Shown: positions 58,630 through 64,000 of the stretch, piece by piece
How the letters are laid out: every line of letters starts with the position of its first letter
Numbering within the stretch: the first letter of the stretch is position 1
Source: a virus
Reading direction: 5' to 3' (one strand)
UHGV virus genome: UHGV-1359874
DNA length: 64,000 bases
The notes under the pieces: generated by a model
Seen by the model: the letters and a program-made list of their open reading frames with translations, nothing else
Databases searched by the model: none
What the model was told of the DNA's origin: nothing
Program-made: the position numbers and the translations under genes

Positions 58630-59202
58630 TTACTTAGTAATGGAAGAAACCTTATACTTAGGTAACTCTGTGCGGCGACCAGCTGGTGCTTCGTCCTTAG
58701 AGGTAACACGACGCTGCTTCACCTCTGGCTTCTCTGCTTCATCATCTCCATCAAATTTAGTATTCTGAATTTCAATGGCCTTAGAAACATTAAAGCTCAA
58801 CTTCTCAAGAATTGCTTCTCGCTTAGCAACATCATTTAAAGGCATAGTTACAGATAAATCCTTAATCATATCTAATACACCGTTAGGCGCAAAATCTAGA
58901 CAATCAAGAAATTCATCTAGAGAGCCATACTGCATAATACGTTTTACATCTTCCTCAGAATAATAATATTCTGGTTCAACACCATTTAATAACTGAGAAA
59001 TAGCTTCATCATCATGTATCACCAAATAATCAGAAAGCATCTTATGTCCACCTGGCAAATAAGATAGTGCTACAAGTTCGTTGAAAGGGATTTCCTTAGT
59101 TTCTCTAGAAACAAACTGACGACGAACTCCCAGTTCAGGAATTGAGTAGCCAACATTTCCTGTATCACGATTAGTTACCTTAATTAAAGTATTCTTATCC
59201 AT
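58630..59202 (-). CDS. hypothetical head-module protein
   Basis: It is the first gene after the capsid-gene terminator, with an aggagataaaaggag RBS. Confidence 0.35.
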   Translation of the reverse strand: MDKNTLIKVTNRDTGNVGYSIPELGVRRQFVSRETKEIPFNELVALSYLPGGHKMLSDYLVIHDDEAISQLLNGVEPEYYYSEEDVKRIMQYGSLDEFLDCLDFAPNGVLDMIKDLSVTMPLNDVAKREAILEKLSFNVSKAIEIQNTKFDGDDEAEKPEVKQRRVTSKDEAPAGRRTELPKYKVSSITK

Positions 59203-59223
59203 AATAAACTCCTTTTATCTCCT

Positions 59224-59275
59224 ATAAAAAATGGGGGAGAATAAAATAGAATATTATTCTCTTTTATTCTCCCCC
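59224..59275 (-). terminator. strong terminator after major capsid gene
   Basis: 14-bp stem gggggagaataaaa / ttttattctccccc, with a T-run on the minus strand. Confidence 0.65.
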
Positions 59276-59298
59276 AGTATTTTACTTAATTATATTAA

Positions 59299-60357
59299 TT
59301 ACTGATTATCCATTGTTAAACTGGTGTTCTCATACACGCAAATACCAGGATTCACCAGATAAGTAGCAATACCGACCTTCTGATAGGTCTGAATCTCAGT
59401 AGACCAGTCACGATTCTCAAAAGATCTCACCTGAGCGCCACCTTCAAAAGCGACCTTAACAGGCTTCTCAGCACCAGTGGGGATGATGTAAGCAATAGAA
59501 GGATCAATAACCTTCTTCGCATTGGTCTCATCCTCGAAGGACTGGGGCAGAATCACAACAGTGTGGCCCTTATAAGCAGCAAAAGCTCCGTTGTTCCATA
59601 GCTGATCCTTCATGTTATCAGAGAAAGCATTCCAGTTAGTAGCACCGCCGCTAGACACAGGAAGCATGGTAGCCGCAAATTCAAAAGTGCAATAAATAGT
59701 AGACTTGCCATAAGAATCAGCAGTAGCCAGTAGACGATCCATCTCAGCCTCATCGAAAGAAGTCTGCTTAGTCTTGTTGACAGTCTTAATGTCAGTTACA
59801 GCAGCCTTCAAAGACTTAGCAATCTCACGATAAACAGTCTCGTCCATACCCTCAAGCACAAGATCATAGTAATCATTCAGGGTGAAACGGCCATCCAGCA
59901 TCTCTTCCCACTCAACGCGAGCAGCTCCACCATAAGCACTAGTTGGAACTTCCAGAGTGTAACCATCCAGCTTAAAGGTCTCATAACGACCAGCAATACC
60001 AACCTTAGTCACGAACTGCTTAGCACGCTTACGAGAAGCCTCACTAATACGCACACGGAACATTGGCTTAGTACCCTGTGGATAAGTCTTAACGTCAGCG
60101 AACTGACCATAGTGCTGAAGAACCTTAGCAGGCAGAACCTCAGTCAGACCAACCTCCAACAGAGTATAAATTAACTTCTCATTATCACGGAAAGCCTGGG
60201 GAGTACCACCAAGCTCATTCAACTCATTAATAAAAGTTTTATTCAGAGCTTCAGCAGAGAACTTCTTGTCCTTATAAGAATAAGAGATAGAAGGATTCAA
60301 AGAAGCTTTAGCATTGGCACGAGCCAGCTCAATCAAGTCATTCTTGTTTAAAGCCAT
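59299..60357 (-). CDS. putative major capsid protein
   Basis: 352 aa. It sits after the scaffold-like gene and is followed by a strong terminator. Its composition is consistent with an HK97-fold capsid protein. Confidence 0.55.
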   Translation of the reverse strand: MALNKNDLIELARANAKASLNPSISYSYKDKKFSAEALNKTFINELNELGGTPQAFRDNEKLIYTLLEVGLTEVLPAKVLQHYGQFADVKTYPQGTKPMFRVRISEASRKRAKQFVTKVGIAGRYETFKLDGYTLEVPTSAYGGAARVEWEEMLDGRFTLNDYYDLVLEGMDETVYREIAKSLKAAVTDIKTVNKTKQTSFDEAEMDRLLATADSYGKSTIYCTFEFAATMLPVSSGGATNWNAFSDNMKDQLWNNGAFAAYKGHTVVILPQSFEDETNAKKVIDPSIAYIIPTGAEKPVKVAFEGGAQVRSFENRDWSTEIQTYQKVGIATYLVNPGICVYENTSLTMDNQ

Positions 60358-60377
60358 TATTTTTTCCTCCTTTTCTA

Positions 60378-60905
60378 TTATTCAATACGCATGAGCTTCA
60401 CAGCAGGCTGACCATCAGCCAGAGTGTACTCTTTAACAACCTGGAACACAGGACCGTCAGCCTGAGTAGAATCCAGATAACCATTAGCCGCAACGTATAG
60501 CTTATCGCCAACCGTCAGGGAAGGACCCTCAGTCTTAGCGGTATCAGACGCCGCAGCACCAACAAAAGCATTAGTAGTGAAAATATCACCAAGCAGAATG
60601 CTTACCAGACGAGGAACAATCTCACCCTCGGTGAAATCCTCTGAACGCATAGCGAAGTCCTTGTGACTCTGCTTACGCTCATCATATAACTTTTCCTCGT
60701 TATAAATCATCATCCATTCGCCATCACCGGTTAGATTAACCTTACCAGTCTTGTAATCATACTTGGCAAAACGTCCATTCTCAATGACCTTACCCATCTT
60801 CTCGGTGTCAACAGGCAGCTGAGCTAGAATCTGGCCTGTAACAATACCGGAGATATGATTAGGCTCAACCTGAGAATAGCCGATACGATCAATTTTAGTA
60901 GCCAT
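60378..60905 (-). CDS. hypothetical head protein (decoration/accessory?)
   Basis: 175 aa, between the scaffold-like and capsid genes. Confidence 0.35.
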   Translation of the reverse strand: MATKIDRIGYSQVEPNHISGIVTGQILAQLPVDTEKMGKVIENGRFAKYDYKTGKVNLTGDGEWMMIYNEEKLYDERKQSHKDFAMRSEDFTEGEIVPRLVSILLGDIFTTNAFVGAAASDTAKTEGPSLTVGDKLYVAANGYLDSTQADGPVFQVVKEYTLADGQPAVKLMRIE

Positions 60906-60929
60906 TCTTAAATATCCTCCTATATTTTA

Positions 60930-62327
60930 TTACATATTTTCTTCAGTTTCCTTAACTGCCTTTAACCAAGCAGGAAGGTCATCGGAACTATTATCAATAG
61001 TATAAATCAAAGAAGTATCTGCCTCTTTCTTCTGCTCAGGCTCACTCATCTTCTTACGAGCAAAAGCAATAGAAAGCTTAGCTTCAATCTCTTCATAAGA
61101 ATATTTCATCTTATTAGCAATAACATCAGACTTATCTTCGTCAGATAGCATGGTAAAGCTGTCAATCAGCTCGTCCTTTTTAGCGTTGTCAATCTCATTC
61201 TTGAAAGCAACAAGCTTATCATACTCAATCTGAAGAGCTTCAAACTTAGTATTCAATTCATCGTACTTTTCTTGCAGTGCGGTGAACTCCTTAGAAGATT
61301 CTTCCTTCTGATCCTCACCCTCCAGAGCTTCATCGACAATGGTACCATCATCTAACTCAACTTCTAGAGTGGACTTGGTTGAGGGTTTATCCTTCTTATC
61401 CTTGTCATCTTCCTCGTCCGTATTTTCACCGGACTTGTCGCCGCTATCATCAGAGGACTGTTCATCTTTCTTCTCGTCTTCGGACTGAGTATCATCCTTC
61501 TTCTTCTGTTCGTCCTTATCGACGAACTCAGTCTCAGTTTCCTCAGCGGGAGTCTCTACTACCTGCCCAACAGTTTCTTCAATCTGCTCAGCAATAGTCT
61601 CAACATTATCCATTTTCTGTCCTCCTTCTAATGCAAAATTCTTTAACTCTTGCATCATAGTAAATAGAGTATGTTTAAAATCATCATCTAAGCTATAATT
61701 TAAAGTACCCTCATGTGGAGTGATACTAGCACCTTCAAAACAAGGTTCAACATCTTCACCAAGAATACATAACTTAGAAAAGATCGCGTCATTAATAATG
61801 AAAAAATCCATACCACTATTAGTGTCTGTTGACCAAGAGCCATTTAAACATTTTTCATCAAGTTCCATAGATTGCGGGCGGCCATCGCCTTCCGCAGCCA
61901 GCTTAGCTTCCTCGAACTGACCAGTCCAAAGATAACCTGTAGTCATAAGATATTCTCTAACAATTTTGTTACCAAAATCATCAGTATCTTCAAACTTTTG
62001 GAACCAAACATCTGCATTAGGAGCGACAAAACCATAAGGCTTTGTCATACAGTCAAAATGGATTCCTTCATCATCAATAGTTACTTTTTCTCCATGGTCA
62101 GCATAATCTTCTTTTGAAGGCTTATAATAACCAACAATAGGAGCACCGCGTAAAGTCTTAGACATTTCCGTAGCAACTTCCTTAGTGATATAAGAATGAT
62201 TGCGGTTTTGTCCAATATAAAGAACTTTAATATCACAAATAGACATTAAAGGATTAACATCTAACGGCTGTAAATTGATGAACTCAGGACTGTCAATAGT
62301 TCTAACTGATTGATGCAATCCATTCAT
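60930..62327 (-). CDS. scaffolding-like protein (N-terminal globular domain + acidic linker + C-terminal coiled coil)
   Basis: A long Asp/Glu/Lys/Ser low-complexity tract (EDEKKDEQSSDDSGDKSGENTDEEDDKDKKDK) and a C-terminal heptad-like helix. Confidence 0.4.
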   Translation of the reverse strand: MNGLHQSVRTIDSPEFINLQPLDVNPLMSICDIKVLYIGQNRNHSYITKEVATEMSKTLRGAPIVGYYKPSKEDYADHGEKVTIDDEGIHFDCMTKPYGFVAPNADVWFQKFEDTDDFGNKIVREYLMTTGYLWTGQFEEAKLAAEGDGRPQSMELDEKCLNGSWSTDTNSGMDFFIINDAIFSKLCILGEDVEPCFEGASITPHEGTLNYSLDDDFKHTLFTMMQELKNFALEGGQKMDNVETIAEQIEETVGQVVETPAEETETEFVDKDEQKKKDDTQSEDEKKDEQSSDDSGDKSGENTDEEDDKDKKDKPSTKSTLEVELDDGTIVDEALEGEDQKEESSKEFTALQEKYDELNTKFEALQIEYDKLVAFKNEIDNAKKDELIDSFTMLSDEDKSDVIANKMKYSYEEIEAKLSIAFARKKMSEPEQKKEADTSLIYTIDNSSDDLPAWLKAVKETEENM

Positions 62328-62399
62328 CTCCTAACTTATTTCTTTTCAATAATATCTAAAAATACTTTCATAAGTATTTAAAAAAATTGTCCGTACTTT

Positions 62400-63986
62400 T
62401 TATCCCTGTGCTTCAATATTTTTTATAGTCTTTTCTGACTTCTGATCGTTTTCCTTCTCTGGACGACCGCCTTCAGGATTATCCGATTTAGTTGTCTCCG
62501 CAGATTGTGTCTGATCTGTTTGCTGCTTATTCGCCGCATTGCGATTCGTCAAATAATCAGAATTCATAGTATTACTACTTAGCGGAGGTACCATCAATTC
62601 AACGAGATTTAAAACATTATTCTCGAAATATGCGTCTGCAAGGATTGAACTCTGAGACTGTCCAAGTGCCAGCTGAGGAAGGATTTTTGAACCGCCAATA
62701 GTAGATTGCTCTTTATATAACTTAACTAATTCTTTATAATTATAAATAGTAGTTCCAAGAATTTGAACTTTAAAAGAATATTTTTTAACATTTGTATTAA
62801 AATGTTGAATAACCATATTTAAGAATTGCTCAAACTGTTGAATCAAATTATATAAAGTAGCTTCATCATTTAAAACTGACTTTTCCAATGCAATATTGCC
62901 ATCAGTATTAAATTGCATTTGTGAAATACCAGCTTGGTCATAAACAGCTGATTTAACTCTATCCATACTTTGATCTGCGGCGGTTGTAGCAGAAGTGCTA
63001 GACATATCCGCAACATCAGTATCGGCAAAAGTAGTTAAAACATCAATACCAATAGCTCTACCTAACATACGAACCGCATTATTATGTAAAGCTTGTGCCT
63101 CATCAACATCAAAAACCAAGTCGCCATTTTTATCTATTGGCATCTTTTGAATAATTATTTTTAATAACTCTTGTTCCATCTTTTTGCGATCAAGCCCTTG
63201 CATATCATCTAAATCAATGATAGCAGGTATAACCGCAATCAACATTGGAAAATCTTCACCGTTAATATTAAACTTAATAGTTAAGTCAACATCTAACATA
63301 TACCAGCCACTAGTATCACCAGGAAAATCAGGAATTAATTTATTATTCTTATATAAATTATATCCTTTTCTAAACTCATCAGGAAATACTTTTAGCATTT
63401 TATCACGTTGAATGTTATCTTTAAAATAATCATCAAAATAACGCATATTAAATTCAACAACAGGTCTACCATCTGCAGAAGTAAATCTTGAGCGACAATA
63501 CTTCATTGGTAATTCCTGAACCACAAATCTTTCTTTGCGGTTAATGAGATACCCATAGTAGCAACCATTGCGAATAACTTTTAATGCAGTTTCACCTAAA
63601 AACTGTTTAACTTGACTGTTATCTAAATACTTTAAAATATTATTAAAATCACCAATTATTTTTTCATTTTTAGGTGGATTCTTAGCAGAAGTATCAATAT
63701 AAGTAGTTACTTTCCAATCATAACGATACATATAAGCCATATATCTACATAATCTATTGTAAATACCGCTAACTCGATAAAAGTAATTAGATATATCCCG
63801 CATCTTTAAGATATTTCTATCATTAATTGCACGCAATACTTCTTTCTTATCCCCTAAGTTAGGATTAGTATTTCTTAACTCACTTAGGTTATAAACCGCA
63901 TCACTTAAAGGACGGATGCCAACATTAATCTTGGAAAAGTCAACAGGAGTAAATCCATGTTCAGGTGTTTCATTATAAGGCATCAT
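62400..63986 (-). CDS. putative portal protein
   Basis: 528 aa, the first large gene of the head operon upstream of scaffold and capsid. AAAAAGG RBS. The frame is open to the window edge. Confidence 0.45.
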   Translation of the reverse strand: MMPYNETPEHGFTPVDFSKINVGIRPLSDAVYNLSELRNTNPNLGDKKEVLRAINDRNILKMRDISNYFYRVSGIYNRLCRYMAYMYRYDWKVTTYIDTSAKNPPKNEKIIGDFNNILKYLDNSQVKQFLGETALKVIRNGCYYGYLINRKERFVVQELPMKYCRSRFTSADGRPVVEFNMRYFDDYFKDNIQRDKMLKVFPDEFRKGYNLYKNNKLIPDFPGDTSGWYMLDVDLTIKFNINGEDFPMLIAVIPAIIDLDDMQGLDRKKMEQELLKIIIQKMPIDKNGDLVFDVDEAQALHNNAVRMLGRAIGIDVLTTFADTDVADMSSTSATTAADQSMDRVKSAVYDQAGISQMQFNTDGNIALEKSVLNDEATLYNLIQQFEQFLNMVIQHFNTNVKKYSFKVQILGTTIYNYKELVKLYKEQSTIGGSKILPQLALGQSQSSILADAYFENNVLNLVELMVPPLSSNTMNSDYLTNRNAANKQQTDQTQSAETTKSDNPEGGRPEKENDQKSEKTIKNIEAQG

Positions 63987-64000
63987 ATTGAAACCTTTTT

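Noticed and set aside
1-64000. tRNA genes and lysogeny functions (integrase, repressor)
   Set aside because: Intergenic gaps are short and are accounted for by terminators, promoters and intron cores. No cloverleaf-like segment and no tyrosine or serine recombinase motif was seen. The phage may be virulent, but the window is partial.

Overview
This window looks like a 64-kb piece of a large, AT-rich tailed phage genome from a low-GC Gram-positive host. I saw no integrase or repressor, and no tRNA, rRNA or CRISPR array.

The window holds two convergent blocks that meet at a bidirectional terminator hairpin at about 23.93 kb.

(1) 1-23.9 kb, plus strand: a DNA replication, recombination and nucleotide-metabolism module. 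It has a Sak4/RecA-like ATPase, a DnaB-like helicase, a DnaG-like primase, a DHH/RecJ-like phosphoesterase and an SF1 Dda/RecD-like helicase. It also has a PHP-domain DNA polymerase III alpha, a DUF3310 protein, anaerobic RNR genes nrdD and nrdG, a dUTPase and a RuvC-like resolvase. Recurring extended -10 promoters (TGnTATAAT) have their -35 box inside the stem of the preceding terminator.

Three of these genes are interrupted. The ATPase is split twice, nrdD once and dut once. The four intervening sequences fall into two sequence families recognisable from shared terminal blocks, and I interpret them as group I introns. Each carries a homing-endonuclease-like ORF: two double-motif LAGLIDADG proteins, one Zn-finger plus HNH_3-like protein, and one Cys-rich-repeat plus Vsr-like PD-(D/E)XK protein. 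The last has a free-standing paralog at 10.7 kb.

(2) 23.9-64 kb, minus strand: a late morphogenesis module with terminators after the key genes. In transcription order it runs portal-like, scaffold-like, major capsid, connector proteins, major tail protein and an assembly chaperone. A 2867-aa tape measure protein follows (predicted tail of about 430 nm, siphovirus-like). Then come a 1473-aa repeat-rich tail protein, two fiber-like proteins and an Amidase_3 plus SH3b lysin. After a terminator there is a second structural-like operon (912, 732, 226, 566 and 80 aa) sharing a short conserved motif. Last is a terminator-delimited six-gene cassette at 23.9-26.9 kb.

That cassette is the most unusual content of the window. 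It encodes a BclA-C-terminal-domain-like (exosporium TNF-like) protein, a membrane-anchored Gly/Cys-rich protein with CCC motifs, Tyr/Asn-rich low-complexity proteins and a SprT-like metallopeptidase.

All functional calls come from motif recognition by eye. No database search was possible.
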